DNA of 64,000 nucleotides, taken from the NCBI GenBank assembly GCA_964188305.1, contig OZ076893.1. One strand, written 5' to 3'. The notes below the pieces were generated by a model. That model did no database searches. It was not told the origin of the DNA and saw nothing but the letters and a program-made list of their open reading frames with translations. The translations under genes were made by a program, and so were the position numbers. Each line of letters starts with the position of its first letter. The stretch's first letter is position 1. This document shows, piece by piece, positions 1 to 13,174 of this stretch. This DNA is from Podarcis bocagei. Lineage: Eukaryota.

Positions 1-772
1 CCCATTTAAAACCACATTTTAAGAAACAAAATTTCCTCCTTTGTTTACTGGGTAAGAATACAGGTTTAAAAGCTTAGGAAAATGGTTATTTTTTTAAAAA
101 AAAATGTAGTACCCTTCAGCAGCCATGGGATAACTTACAGCTCTATAGAGCACTGTGCCAGAGTCTCATAGTTATGCATAGGGATAAAGGTTTGTTTTTC
201 CTGTGAGCCTATATGGGATTGTTGGCCCAAGCCCGAACATCTGGCAGAAGCAGCAAATGCTATAGTTCTGGATGAAAATCAAGGCCTAAGCAAGAACCCA
301 CAGAGCATACTGTAGATTCCTGGTTACTGTTGCTGGCAGCCGCTGGGTCTCATTTTATTTCACTAAAACCTAAAACTATTCCAGCAATAATCCAATACCT
401 CCTCTCTCTGCCACATATATTCACCCTGGGATTTAACACAAACTTTTTGCCCACACAGAACTGCATTTGCCTTGTCGTTTTGCATGGAGCGTCAATTTTT
501 CTTAATCCCGAGCCTGTGTAGATCTTAGCTCAGGTGACATACCTAATATTAAGTTTTTGTATTAGACCAGTGAGTTTTGATTAAACTTGATTAAATGTTT
601 GGCAGAGCACAGGGATATTAGAGGGACAATTCAGGGATTTTTGACAGTGCCAAATGTATTTCTTTAGTTTTCTTAACTCTTCACTCTAAGGTTCTTCTAA
701 AAATTAAAATAGCTTTAGGTACAGCTAGCAATAGTAAACTGAATAAAAGGTTTTCTATAATTCTACACTAAC

Positions 773-860
773 AGTGCAGCCTTTTATGCATCTGCTCAGA
801 GGTAAACCCATGAAGTTCATTGAGATTTATTCCAGGTAGGTGTATATAGGATTGCAGCCT
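773..860. repeat. Old short palindromic MITE-like repeat (TGCAATCC...GGATTGCAGCC family); other degenerate copies near 6935-7032, 8965-9135, 14494-14570, 21775-21862, 23240-23310, 47535-47580
   Basis: Recurring ~90-bp motif 'tactcagaagtaa...ttcaatgg...ggattgcagcc' with imperfect terminal inverted repeats. Confidence 0.6.
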
Positions 861-994
861 TAAACTGAGTATTTTATAGGGAAATGTAAGATGACGGGAT
901 AAAAAAGCAAATGTGTAAAATTTTTACAAAAACTTTTCACCAAAGAATGTTTATAAAGTCAGTAATCCAATTGTCAACATGGAGAACATTTCAT

Positions 995-1499
995 CAGGGG
1001 CGAAGGAAGGCATTGTGACACCCAGGGCGGATGTCGCTACATAGGGCACATGTGCGGCGTCGCTATGTAGGACACATGCTCCGTACCTAGCGACGCCACA
1101 CATGAGCTGTATAGCGGTTTGCCGCCGGCACCGCTCCAGCCGTACGGACGGTGCCAGGATCCCTCCATCGCCGCTACAGCTGCAAGCAGAGGATCCCGGC
1201 ACTGTCCGTACGGCGCTGGAGTGGCGCCAGCGGAAAACCGCTATACAGCGCATGTGCGGTGTCGCTACGTACAGCCCATGATTGCAATGCTGCACATGCA
1301 CTGTACTTAGTAGTTTGCCACCAGTGCTGGGATCCTCTGCTCGCGGCTGCAGCCGCGAACAGAGGATCCTCCACATGTGGCTGTGGCAGCACGATGGCTG
1401 CTCATGCTGATGTGAGCCCCCGCAGGGTGACTTCTTGTCACCCCTACAGACATGGAACCCAGGGCGCACCTCCCCCCGTCCCCCGTTGTGATGCCACTG
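995..1499. mobile_element. Non-autonomous hAT DNA transposon (GC/CpG-rich, internally palindromic)
   Basis: Perfect 8-bp TSD CATTTCAT (987-994 and 1500-1507); imperfect TIRs CAGGGGCG / TGCCACTG; sharp GC contrast with flanks. Confidence 0.88.
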
Positions 1500-1967
1500 C
1501 ATTTCATGAACATCAGTGCCCTTAGTTAATCGTAACAAAAATGCATGAAGCACTGTAGTGCTTTACTAGTCCTGTATGGAATACTTCATCTTTTATTTAT
1601 TTCCATTTTAATACCAAACAGTCCCTGCGACTTAGGACAAGCCATAGAAAAGAAGTAAATCATCATCATAATCAGCATCACCAGCAGAACAAAATGCCAA
1701 CTTAAAAATATAGCATATGAAAACTGGCTAAAATCACAACACACTTCCTTGTTCCCAGCCATTAGGGATGGTATAGTGGCAGGCACTATACTGAGACTGA
1801 CACTAGCATCTTAAAAAAACAACCAACCACTACACACACCCTAAATACCAGTGTTACTACAAACTGCCTTACTGTTTTGCCTTGGCAAGTATTAATGTCA
1901 TTTTTTTGTTTATTAGCAGAATTAATAGATTTTGGGGGATGCCAGCCCATGCCAGCTTCCTGTAAGA

Positions 1968-2106
1968 TGAAGGGTTGGCAACCTGTGGCCCTCCAGATGT
2001 TGCTGGACTTCAACTCCCATCAGCCCCAGCAAGCATGGCATGGAGTCAGGGATGATGGTAGTCAAAGTCCAACAATGTCTGGCAGGCGAGAGGTTCCCCA
2101 TGTCTC
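1968..2106. mobile_element. Short degenerate hAT-type MITE
   Basis: 'ggttggcaacctgtggccctccagatgttgctggact...ccaacaatgtctggcaggcgagaggttcccc' with inverted arms. Confidence 0.6.
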
Positions 2107-3156
2107 TCTTAGAGCAAAGGAGTGCCTTTTCAGTTTCTTATCTGCAAATAACTGTCAGCACTAAATAAAAGGAGCATTATAAAATGGATCAAATTTTTAT
2201 ATTTATTTTGTTAAAAAATATTATTAACAATAGTTTAGACAAGACTCTCTCTGCATGTGCTCACTGCAACTTTCTAAGGCTGAACTAAGACCATCTATTG
2301 AAATTTAATGGGTACAGTGACTGAAATATCTTTAATTTTATTTCTGAAATAAGCAGGAGCCAGAGCTGCCATGGAAGTCAAGTTGAAAGTGAAGTCGGGT
2401 GCCATTATGCCTTTTAGCAGATGTTGGCTTCCTGTCCATCAGCCTGGCTTGCCTTATTCTCTCCTAGCTTTCATCTATCACTGATAGTCATTCCTGACAT
2501 TCCCCTTCCATTACTTCAAAGATCAATAGGTACATGGTCTGCTTACTGCTACTTAATATATACAGTATTCCAAACTATTCCACCATAAATTGGATAAATA
2601 ATGTTTTGCAATTACTGGGTTGCAAGAACCCCTCCACACAACTATCAAATTTTTTATTTTTTATTTTTAAGCAACTTTCTTGTACTGAGAAACTAATCAC
2701 AGAACTTTCTAATCAAAATTCAAACTCTGATATAGCGGAAGGTGTCATATTACATATATAGCCTTGCAAACTCTGTCCTATCTCATGAAGAACATTAGAG
2801 TCAAATTTGGATGAGTGCTAAGGAGGAGAATTGACTGAGAAAGCAGAGTTTCAAACTATTGAAAAGATAATCCCATTTGCAAATAAATTTGGCATTTCAA
2901 ATAATTACTGGAACGCATGGTCACCACTGCTTGATTTGTGGATCGTCTGTCACAAAAGGTACAAAGGTACAAAGGTATAAGGTACAAAGCATTGGTCAGA
3001 ATTTTGTGCTAATATTTTTTTATTTTAAAATATAATGTGAAAATTCTTAGCAGATATGGCTTGATCTATAGCAGGACTTCTGAATATCTTCATATGTTGT
3101 TCAGGTTGGATCTGGCCTGCAAGCTGTCAGTTGCCATCCCACATGTATAGCATCCG

Positions 3157-3296
3157 CACTGTCAATTGTTTTTCAGCCAGAACTCACCAGAACTCAGTGC
3201 TGGCACCTCTCAGATGGGTGCCATTGCCATGCTAAAGGAACGAGGAAAGTGTTCATGGTGAGTTCCAGCACCTCTTTTTCTAAAAAAGTAGCACTG
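3157..3296. mobile_element. Degenerate MITE ending in AAAA(GT)AGCACTG; related copy at ~15477-15666
   Basis: Both copies share the terminal block 'catggtgagt.cc.gcacct.ttt...aaaaaa..gcactg'. Confidence 0.55.
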
Positions 3297-5877
3297 GGTA
3301 GAAGGGAATGATCTAGTCACAATTATGCACTGTTGTCATACTATTTTCAGTGCAAAAGGTAAGGACGTCCACTATTCTATCAATGGTTTTAGAAGTTTAG
3401 TTTTGGATGAATTGTACCCTATGTGTGTTTATATTCACACTCTCTTATCCTTCAACAAAAAATAAATAGTCCACTCTGCCTGGTATGAAACTGCTCTCTT
3501 AGCAAAGGCAAAAGAGTATCAGAGCACATGACTGAGAAACAGGTACCCTTTAGCTGATCTAGCAAATATTTCAGTCAGCGCTTGCATTAAAACAATTCCC
3601 TCTTGGAGTACTGGGTTACCATCTCACTGCTGGATACCCACAGATAAAGTCAGTACTGGCATCAGTCCTGACAAAAAGTGCTAAGAATGATAAGTCTTTC
3701 AATTAAAAACCCATAAGGGGTCAAGATTTTACAGAGGAAGAATAAAATGCAAAAATAGAGAAGAATTTAGAAAACCATTAGAAGAGGTTGAGGGAAGTCT
3801 TAGGTTGTGAAAGCCAAAGATTTGTTATGATGTTATGAAGTTGTTATGTTGAAAAATTTGTGCAAAAAACCAATAATTTTTTATTTTTTTTAAAAGTTCC
3901 AAGTCACACTGCACATTGCTGTAAATAAAGATTATTGTTTTGATCCTTAAAAAAAAAAAAGATTTTACAGAGGAAGAGGAAGATAAACATTTGTTTCACA
4001 ATGTTTGGGAAGTGAAAAAGCTGTTTGTATTTTTTAAAAAAACAAAACAATTTGTGAATCTTCAATTTTTCACAAATGTGTGAAACCAATTGCTTATGGT
4101 CCACTTTTCAGTGACTACATGCTTCTGTATTCTTGCATATTATTTCAAATTCAGCCAGATACTTTTCAAGTGGTGGTTATATAGTGAAAATTACACAGAG
4201 CATTTAACTGGCAGGTCTCCATTCTCTTCCTGATGTCATCACCCATGGACCTTAGTGGGTTTCTACAGTTTGGCCAAAGATTAGACGTTAAATATTTAAT
4301 GTAGAAAGAAAAGCAATTCAGAAATACTTGGAAACAGTCTTGTACCTTATGGCAATTATGATCTCCCTGAGCTCCCCTTAAACAAAGAGCTTTGTTCTTC
4401 TAAAGCAATTACCAGAAGTTAAAAAAAAGTTACAATGCCAGTAAGACATTCAAATGGCACATCTGCAAAATGGGTTTCTTTCAGGTTCAATCAGCATGCA
4501 GATGGCTTGCTACTCTACATGGGTTTCACACTCTAAAAAGGATAGACTGGAGTATAGCTTCTTAAAAGATATGAAGCCTGTGGCGATCTGAAAGTTAGTT
4601 CAAAATCACATTTGCCAAACAGCAGGAAAACAAGTAAAAATCAAAAGTGTGTGATCTCATAATTAATCCATGGGTATAATCATAGGCTTGTCACTAAAAT
4701 ATAGAGCTACCATTTCTAAAATATACAGGCTAGCTGTGTCCCATAGGCACCAGTGTGTACACTGGCCAAGTCCCTGCTGTAGCTGATGCATGATTGGTGT
4801 CAGTCTGAAAGGGGCATGTACATATATGGATCCTGTGCATTGGTAACCCTCTACAGGGACAGAAATCATGAAGGGAGCACTAGATGCATACAATCGTACA
4901 TATATAGGTCCCCTTCTAGCTGATGCCGACACAGCCAGGGTCAAGTGTGTGTGTATGCAATGGCATTTTGGGTATGGGGATAGGCAGTGTCCTCACAGGT
5001 GCCAAACTCAGGGGAGTACAATCAGTGTGGCAAGTATGGGTGGTGAGCTACCAGAAAAAGATTTGCTTCCTTTATGGGCTGAGTGTGTTTAGCTGCTCAG
5101 CTCCAATCCTTTGCTTCAGAACAGCTGTTGCTTAGCTGGCTGTGGCCAAAGGGAGACAGAGGAGGACAGGAAATTCTGCCTGAATTATCCTGACACCATA
5201 TGACACAATGTCATTTCTTTTCCTACTGCTATGCTTAAATGCAACTGTGTTGTGCAAATCTTTTGTAAAACGCTTTGAGAGAAAACGCCTTTTACCACCT
5301 GGCCTGGGAGGGCAGGGCCCTGGCTGACTCCAGCTACAAAAGCTGAGGCTGCTTAACAGACCCTTGGGCTGGGGTACAGTTTAGGATTATTTTAGGATTA
5401 TTTTTGTTGCTGCCACCAATATTAATATATTATCTTTAGATGTTATTATGATTTATGTGGAAATTGTTCAATTTGGTTGTGTTCTTTTTGATATGTTTTA
5501 TTTACTGGTTATGATGACTTTTGTTATGTTTATAATTTTTCAAATCTTTTCATGTTGTAAGTCACCTTGAGCATGGTTTTAACCATGGAATGGTGGCATA
5601 CAAAGAAGATGACAATGGTGATTTTATATTTTTGATTATTTTTCATACAGAAACTCCACCACTGAAATAAGTTGGAACAATGTATATTTACCATTTACTA
5701 GGCATCTTCATAATCATCTATATACACTTTGTTTAACAGAGTTGTTCAGATCTAACCTCTTTGGTTTTAAGTATCCAAACATTCTGGACACTATCAGCAA
5801 TACAATAAAATATAATGCATGAACAAGTAATACTTGTGACATTTGTTATTAAATTCAACAACTGCAGAATCTCTGAC

Positions 5878-6247
5878 TGAAATATACTCAGAGTCGCAAA
5901 GTGATTTCATGCTCTTTATTCAGCTCATAGTGGTGAGGAGGAATGAATGGAAGTCCCCTGACAGTATCTGCTTTATATACATTATTTACACAATGGGCTG
6001 CACATGATTGGCTAATTCCGGAATTCTACTGTAAGCCAATCAGGTTGTGGATTCACTTCTATCTGGAGCAGGATTGGGTGGTTCCTGCCAACCAATCATA
6101 CTGCTGCATTGTTCTAGGACCAATCAGACTGTTGCATTCTGAATCCTATTGTTCTAGGACCAATCAGACTGCTGCATTTTGGATCCTATTGTTCTAGGAC
6201 CAATCAGACTGCTGCAGTTTGGATCCTATTCAACTCAGTACATAACA
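5878..6247 (-). mobile_element. Solo LTR (370 bp, probably Gypsy-type)
   Basis: TG...CA termini with imperfect inverted repeat (tgaaatatact / agtacataaca); 5-bp TSD CTGAC (5873-5877, 6248-6252); minus-strand TATATAAA (5972-5979) and AATAAA (5915-5920). Confidence 0.85.
6091..6229. repeat. 40-bp tandem repeat (~3.5 units) with CCAAT boxes in the solo-LTR U3
   Basis: 'gttctaggaccaatcagactg' at 6111, 6151, 6191. Confidence 0.9.
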
Positions 6248-7125
6248 CTGACATTCTCATTACAAGTGAGAAAAATAATCCCATGTTAAAATGCCTTCCC
6301 TTTTTTCCTGGATAACATTTGTCTGTATATAAAGCTGGGCGTTAGCTGATGAGATATTGGACAGTGGAATAAGTGATTCTATAGTTGGCATTAAAATGTT
6401 TTGGCTTTGGAGCATGCAATCCTGATTTAAAACCCTTCATTTCTTTTCTTTTCCCATAAAATTCTCAATGAGTAAGACTGAATAACTTTGATGGCTGCTG
6501 AAGACGGTTGTGTCTTCCTTTTTACTAAAAATTTGCTAGCCAGTTCTTAAGATATAGAAACAATATGTCTGGCCCTCTCCCATAGTAAGCTTTCACAAGT
6601 ATCCAGTACCATTTGAATCTAGGAAAGCATGCAGGAGAGACTAACAACTAGGGATGTTGAGAAATTTAATCAGAAGTGGAAACAGGAGTGGAGATTCCTG
6701 CAATTTTCATGGTTATCTGAGGTCAGGGCAGGAATGGAAACACGTGAGAGAACATGGGCAATATTCACAATCATTTTTAGTCCACAAATGTTATGTAAAT
6801 AGTTACATTATTTTCGCTGTTTTGCTTCCATTGAAATACATTGAAATTAATTACACAAGTTTGGCCTTAGCAGATAGTGAAATAACATAGGTTTTAGCAG
6901 AAGCTGAAGTGTAGCAGGATGGAAACAGCATTGATTGCAATAATCCAACACCTAGATTATAGCTTCTGACTTAACACATGAGTCCACTGTGTTCAATGGA
7001 GTTTACATTGGATTGCGCATTGGATTGCAACCTAAATCACTGAGCTTCTGTTCTTTCTTTCAATGAGACAGAATACTGTGAAGATTAAAGGAAAGTTCAT
7101 GACTTCCTAACTCTCTTTGTGAGAA

Positions 7126-7335
7126 GAATCACAGAAGTATACAGAAGAAACGAGAACTGGAAGGCATCCAGTGTCTTCCCCTTGAATATGATGCCCATTA
7201 CCTAACATCCCAGACAGAGGCTTAAGTATAGCCCGGCTCCTACTCTCCAAAAGGAAGAGATTCTACAGACTTCCTAAGTAGCCTCTTTAATTGCTGTACC
7301 AATTGAACTGTTGAGAAACAATGAGTTCTTCCAGA
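7126..7335 (-). mobile_element. Old CR1 3' fragment
   Basis: Degenerate reverse complement of the CR1 tail and ORF2 end seen at 30300-30595. Confidence 0.5.
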
Positions 7336-7558
7336 TGTGGACTCAATGTTGCAAGCAACTTCGGATATTGCAAGCGAGTCTTTGGCAACATTTTAAAAAA
7401 ACCCTACTTATCAGATATTCCATAGGAAGGGTAAATATGGATTAAATGGGGGAAAATACAGGCTAGCATTCTGTTGTTGACGATGTCATGTGGGAACAGC
7501 AACAAATTTGCATGAGCAGCACCAATTCTATAATCTATACATGTCTGGAAGCATAATA

Positions 7559-7817
7559 CAGTGGTACCTTGGGTTACATACGCTTCAGGTTGTATACGCT
7601 TCAGGTTACAGACTCCGCTAACCCAGAAATAGTACCTTGGGTTAAGAACTTTGCTTCAGGATGAGAACAGAAATCGTGTGGCGGTGGCAAGGCAGCAGCG
7701 GGAGGCCCCATTAGCTAAAGTGGTTAAGAACAGGTTAAGGTTCTTCAGGTTAAGAACAGTTTCAGGTTAAGAACGGACCTCTGGAACGAATTAAGTACTT
7801 AACCAGAGGTACCACTG
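7559..7817. mobile_element. Tc1/mariner-superfamily MITE (CAGTGGTACC-TIR family), copy 1
   Basis: TIRs cagtggtaccttgggtt / aaccagaggtaccactg, TA TSD on both sides, internal cttcaggtta repeats. Confidence 0.92.
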
Positions 7818-9184
7818 TATTTTGAAAACCCAGGATATTTGGTATAATCTTATATATCAAAGAAGTATGGAAAAAAGTGGCCAGCTATAAACTATGTATA
7901 CCTTTCTTTTTCAAGAAGGATTGAAAAAAATGCTTGGATGCTTCACATGGCCAAACCTGGAAACAAAAAGAGTGATGAGAGATTATTGAAATTTAATGCT
8001 GCATCAGAATTCTCTACCATGGGTGTGCTGCTGTGTGTGGAACAGTAACTTCTTCCATAGCATGTGGTGCAGGGCTTTACTTATATTACTAGAAATAAAA
8101 CAATATATAATCATGGGTGGGCCAGTAGGCACAGCCTATGGAGTGGACTGGAGGGGAGCCTTACACCCACTGGGGGACAGTGAGAGATTTCATTCATTTG
8201 TTTAGACCAGCAAACTGAAAGTTGTCTTAATTGGATTTGAATTCATGTTGGTCTCAAGGTGCATGGGAAACCCTGAGGAATAAGATATTGTTAGCAGAGA
8301 GATAGCAATAAAACTCAGCTCCTTATGGTGCCAATTTGTTTATATCTCATAAAAGGCATCCCAAGTGAGCTGAAAACATACATTAGTTGTCTTTGGAGAG
8401 ATGCTCAGAGCATTTTTTAAAGTTACATCTCTATTATATGAATGCAGTTAAGTGTTAAGCAGTTAATGTGGCAGCATCTTTAATCAGTTATTTTAAAAAT
8501 TATGCCCTTCTGTTGGTTAGTTAAGCACATAGCCGTCTGAACATCTAGCTACTTATATATTATTGTCATTGCTATTACTACTACAACTCACTCTCTGCTT
8601 CTACTTCCCCAGATTACTGAAGGCAGCTGCTTATACAGTGGAAACTGTGGAAACTGTTTAGATTTAACTAGTCCCTAGAGAAAACAATAAAAACATGCTA
8701 CAATTTACACGATCCATCAGATACCATATAAAATAAAGGTTTTTTAAACACTTGTTATTAAAACAAACTGTTACCATTAATAGTGCATAAGATATAGGTT
8801 GCCTCATTAGACAAAGTTTAGTATAACACACCCACACCCCTTAAAAACCCATAACAGAAAGATACAATGGATAGACTAGAGATGCTGACAAAGCAATAAT
8901 GCCAGAATAAGTAAATAATACTAATATAACCAAGCAGCCCCTCCCAGTGTATCAATCTCTCCAGTTCCGTCCTATACATGTCTACTCAGAAATAATCCTC
9001 ACTGACTTCAATGGAAGTTGCTTCCATCCCAAGTAGGTGTGCATAAGATTGCAGCCTTACAGTTAAATCCTAACCATATCTATTAAGAAGTTAAGGCCTA
9101 CTGAATTCACTTGTGCTTACTCCCTGTTAGGAGTAGGGCCAAAAGTGATATGAATGGTGATATGGCAAGGGAAGAATGAAAGCT

Positions 9185-9241
9185 AACCATCCTGAGACCT
9201 GCAGATATAGGGCGGTATATAAATCCAATAAATAAAATAAA

Positions 9242-9295
<54 letters not shown>
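9185..9295 (+). repeat. L2-type 3' tail followed by (AAT)n microsatellite
   Basis: 'cctgagacctgcagatatagggcggtatataaat' followed by an AAT array at 9242-9295. Confidence 0.7.
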
Positions 9296-9999
9296 TGGAA
9301 CCCTCTCATCACTTGCTCCTATCTGATGCAATGGCATAATATCATGCCTGTAAAAGTGGTGACATAAGGATAAACACTCTCACTGGAGACCATAGGCAGT
9401 CACAGACAGCCACCCACCCCTCATCTCTCCTCATAGCCAAATCAGAAAATAGGATTCTTGCTAACTCTATAGCCAATCATGGTATACAACAAGACTCAGT
9501 CAAGTGACAGATGCATCTTCTATCAAGGAATAGGATGACACCACTCTTTTCTCATTTGCATAGAACCCAGAGTACATTAGTGGGTAATTATGAAAAAAGA
9601 CACTTTCTCCAAACTGCCAAGGTTCACAACGAAGTGGAAAGTGTAAACACTTGTTTTCTCAAAACCCATACAGGTGTCCTATCTCAGGATTCCAGTGAAG
9701 CCTTGAAACAGGAGTTGGATTGAGGGATGGGACAGATGCCCCCATGGCCAGTGGAGGCCATTCCCCTTCCTGGCTCCTCATGGAGCTTCTTCCTCTCGGG
9801 GTTCTAGCAGGATCTTGGGAAGGGCTGGAGGGCTCTGTAAAAGGACTGGTCAGTCTCTCTCTTGCCTCATGTACAGATTGTTGAACTTTAGGCTAGTGAT
9901 TGCTGTACCAGCATTAACTCTGGTTTAGCAGCTACCTGTGCTACCAGTACCATGGGATTACCAGTCACGGTGGTGACTGGAAGTTTCCCTGTTGGCATT

Positions 10000-10141
10000 C
10001 ATGGGTGTAGCCAGGGTTTTCTATTTTTTTGGGGGGGGGGTCAGGCCTTAGGTTGAGTGGGGCAGAACCTCAGTTAAGTATTTTTATTTATTTACTTGAT
10101 GGGGGGACAGCTGCCCCCCATCCCCCTTGGCTACGCTTATG
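10000..10141. mobile_element. hAT MITE (142 bp)
   Basis: Perfect 8-bp TSD TTGGCATT (9992-9999, 10142-10149); TIRs catgggtgtagcca / tggctacgcttatg. Confidence 0.88.
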
Positions 10142-10729
10142 TTGGCATTATAGTAAATACTACAGTCTAGCAAAGTACCTAACACTGCAGCTAAGCAGGT
10201 GACGAAACTGGAGAAACCTGGAATGACTCAAAGACCAAACCCCCCCCCCCAAGTAATCTGTGCTTTATGGAAACCAGGGTAGTGGGAAGTCAGAGGTAAA
10301 TGACAAGGTCAAAGGGATAAGCCAGGGAAGTACTGTGAGCAACTAATAATAACAATAAGCTTTTATTTATATCCCGCCCTCCCCAGGCTCAGGGGGGCTA
10401 ACATCAGATATATAACTTTAGTATAAAATCAAACAATAATTAAATTAACTCCTAAAAACAGGTCAAAATCTAATTAAAGTCTAATTAAAGTCTAATCTGG
10501 GGGAAAGTTACACTGCACAAGTGAGGTATGGGAAAGTTGCTAGCTGTTCAGACGGAGACAATCTTACAGGAGTTCCCCCCCCCCCAAGAAAACACTACAT
10601 GATGTAGACAAGCTAATACTGATTAACAATAAAAGCAAAATGGAAGATAAGCCAAGGTCATTGGTGACTTTGAGTGTGGTGATACTATTCACAAATGGAA
10701 AATAATACTCCATAAAAATAATAATTGTT

Positions 10730-11052
10730 TTGCTTGATCAGACCTAGGCTACCATTTTGTCTCAAACAGAGACCAGACAGATGCCCACAAGTGTGATATG
10801 ATGGCAATAGCCATCAGATATTGCTTGATCCTAGCATCTGGTAATCCAGTGGCAAATTGTTCAGTATTCTGCTACATCATGGCCAACAGCCATTGATATG
10901 TCTGTCCTCCATGAATTTATCTTATCCTTTTTTAAAGCCATTATATTATAAATAATAAATCACCTATATGGATTATTTATAAAGACATTTAAGCTAGTGC
11001 TGCTTGCCACATTTTGTGGCAATGAATTCCATAAGTTAATTATGCAATGTGT
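10730..11052 (-). mobile_element. Old CR1 3' fragment
   Basis: 'gcttgatcagacc...cagccattgat...tcctccatgaattt...aatgaattccataagtta' resembles the reverse complement of a CR1 3' end. Confidence 0.55.
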
Positions 11053-11855
11053 TGATGGAAGGTGAAGTCTTGATACTATTGCTCTTGGTAATAGCATTAG
11101 CAGCAGCTTTCTCCTGTGAAACAAGTACTAAAGAAAACCCCTCCATTAAGACCGAGTTTTAAGGTTTCTACATTACTTTCGAAGGGAAAATTGAAGTTTA
11201 ATCTCTTCTTTTAAAATGTCACAATTTATATAAATAATACTCAGTTTATTACACAGCTAGGTTTAGTGTTCACACTAATCACCGCATTGTATTCAACAAT
11301 GCCATTTCTCACTGGGGCACTCAAAAGTAGGGATAAATGAATATATTCATGAAACCAACAATAGTAATGTTAGGCCTTTACATTTTCTGCATACTCTGTT
11401 CAGTTTTTCCAACTAACTGTCTGACAAGAACAATGCATATTATGCAATAGCAATAATGAAGTGTTGCTGATTGTAAGAAATAAATGGACCCGGTGCACGC
11501 AGCAAAAGAGAACGCTCAATGCTGTGTGCTCAGTATATAAAACCCTTGGTCCGTCCCACAAATTGGCAACATCAAAATTACCCCAGTAACTCAAACAGCC
11601 CAATCACTGCTATGGCCATCTATACGATCCACCCAGCAACAGAGGGGTGGCCTGTCAGACCCCACCACAACACGTGCTCTCCATGAAGAAGAACACACTT
11701 TTAAAGAAAGAAAAGAACCCCATACTGGAATTAAATAGGCCACATCTTTGTGCAGGGAACCTGTGGCCGGTGAGGCCCAAAGCATGGGAAGAGACAACAA
11801 ACCTACAAGACAAACATATTGGGTTTCAATAGACCACAACTTTATTTATTACAGA

Positions 11856-12004
11856 GACAGGTGCCGACTGCTAGGGGCCGAGGCAGTTTTGGGCCCCCAA
11901 ATATATATATATATTTGAGAGGGCTGGGCCCTTTCACTGTTCCGAGGATGTCATGCAACATTGCGTCCCCACTCCCCAATCCTTTGGAGAAGCTGGCACC
12001 TCTG
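11856..12004. mobile_element. hAT MITE (149 bp)
   Basis: 8-bp TSD ATTACAGA (11848-11855, 12005-12012); imperfect TIRs gacaggtgccgact / agctggcacctctg. Confidence 0.8.
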
Positions 12005-12597
12005 ATTACAGATGTAAGTAGGCTTTAGTGAAAGCATTTGGTATGTATCCTGAATCAATCAGACTGCTGCTTGATTATTTTGCAGGGTTGATCCTGAGTT
12101 ATGGATCTCCCTATGACATACATCAAATAGGGGCAATCCCTCCAGGAGATCCTAGACTAAGGATCCAACCCAATGGCTTATCTGCCAACAAGTTGTGACT
12201 ATTATGGGGTAGGCTAAACCTCCAGATGGGCCTAATTTGTCTGCAGGCAATTTCCTCCCTGGCTCCAAATATGGTAAGCAAATATTTACATAGGAAGGTC
12301 TTACACAGCGCCTGCCTGCACATCTTCAGCTCCTCTGACTTTACCTCTGCTTGGGAGCCATTTGTGATTTATATGATCAAACAATCTCATGGCTGGCACA
12401 GTTCCACTAAATATGAGGGTTGTTGTTTTTTTGCAACATTTATGAATATTGGATATAAATAGTAGAAATATGACCCCTATATTGTCCTATGGAATATATT
12501 TTACACCATTCATGCTTTTTAAGATTTCTATTATGATGATTCTTATTTTATTATCTTTTAATTTTATTCTTCCTATTTTTATGACTGTTTTTAAATA

Positions 12598-13174
12598 CTG
12601 TATTTTTTCGGCCGATAGGACGCACCGGCCCATAGGATGCACCTAGTTTTTTGGGGGGGAAATAAAGAAAATCCCCCCCCTTTATTTCTCCCCAAAAACC
12701 AGGTCGGGGAATCCAAACCAGGTCGGGGGACAGCGGGATGGCAGTGCTCCACCTCCCCGCTGTCCCCCAAGCTTGTGGGGCTGGCGCTGGGGAGAAGCGC
12801 GCTTCTCCCTAGCGCCAGCCTCCAAACCAGGTCGGGGAACAGCGGGATGGCGGCGCTGCGCCTCCCCACTGTCCCCCGAGCTTGTGGGGCTGCCCGATGT
12901 CTGCCCGAAGCATGGGGCGCTCTGCTTCAGCGCTCCCCGCGCTCCGTGCAGTAGGCTGCTATCCGCAGCCTAGGGAGCTCTGCGGGAACTCCCGCGGGCT
13001 CCCCAGGCTTGCTGATAGCTTCCTGAAGCCTGGAGAGCGAGAGGGGTCAGTGCGCACCAATCCCCTCGCTCTCCAAGCTTCAGCAAAAGCCTGCATTCAC
13101 CCCATAGGATGCACACAGATTTCCCCTTCATTTTTGGAGGGGGGAAAGTGCGTCCTATAGGGCGAAAAATACGG
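12598..13174. mobile_element. Non-autonomous Tc1/mariner (Tc2/pogo-like, CCGTA-type TIR) element
   Basis: TA TSDs (12596-97, 13175-76); TIRs ctgtattttttcggccgataggacgcac / gtgcgtcctatagggcgaaaaatacgg; GC-rich core with an internal direct duplication. Confidence 0.9.

Noticed and set aside
951-1553. 200-aa and 124-aa ORFs
   Set aside because: They coincide with a GC-rich non-autonomous hAT element and show no recognisable domain.
5844-5877. Alternative left boundary of the solo LTR (TGTTA at 5844)
   Set aside because: The boundary at 5878 gives a perfect 5-bp TSD, whereas 5844 gives only an imperfect 8-bp match.
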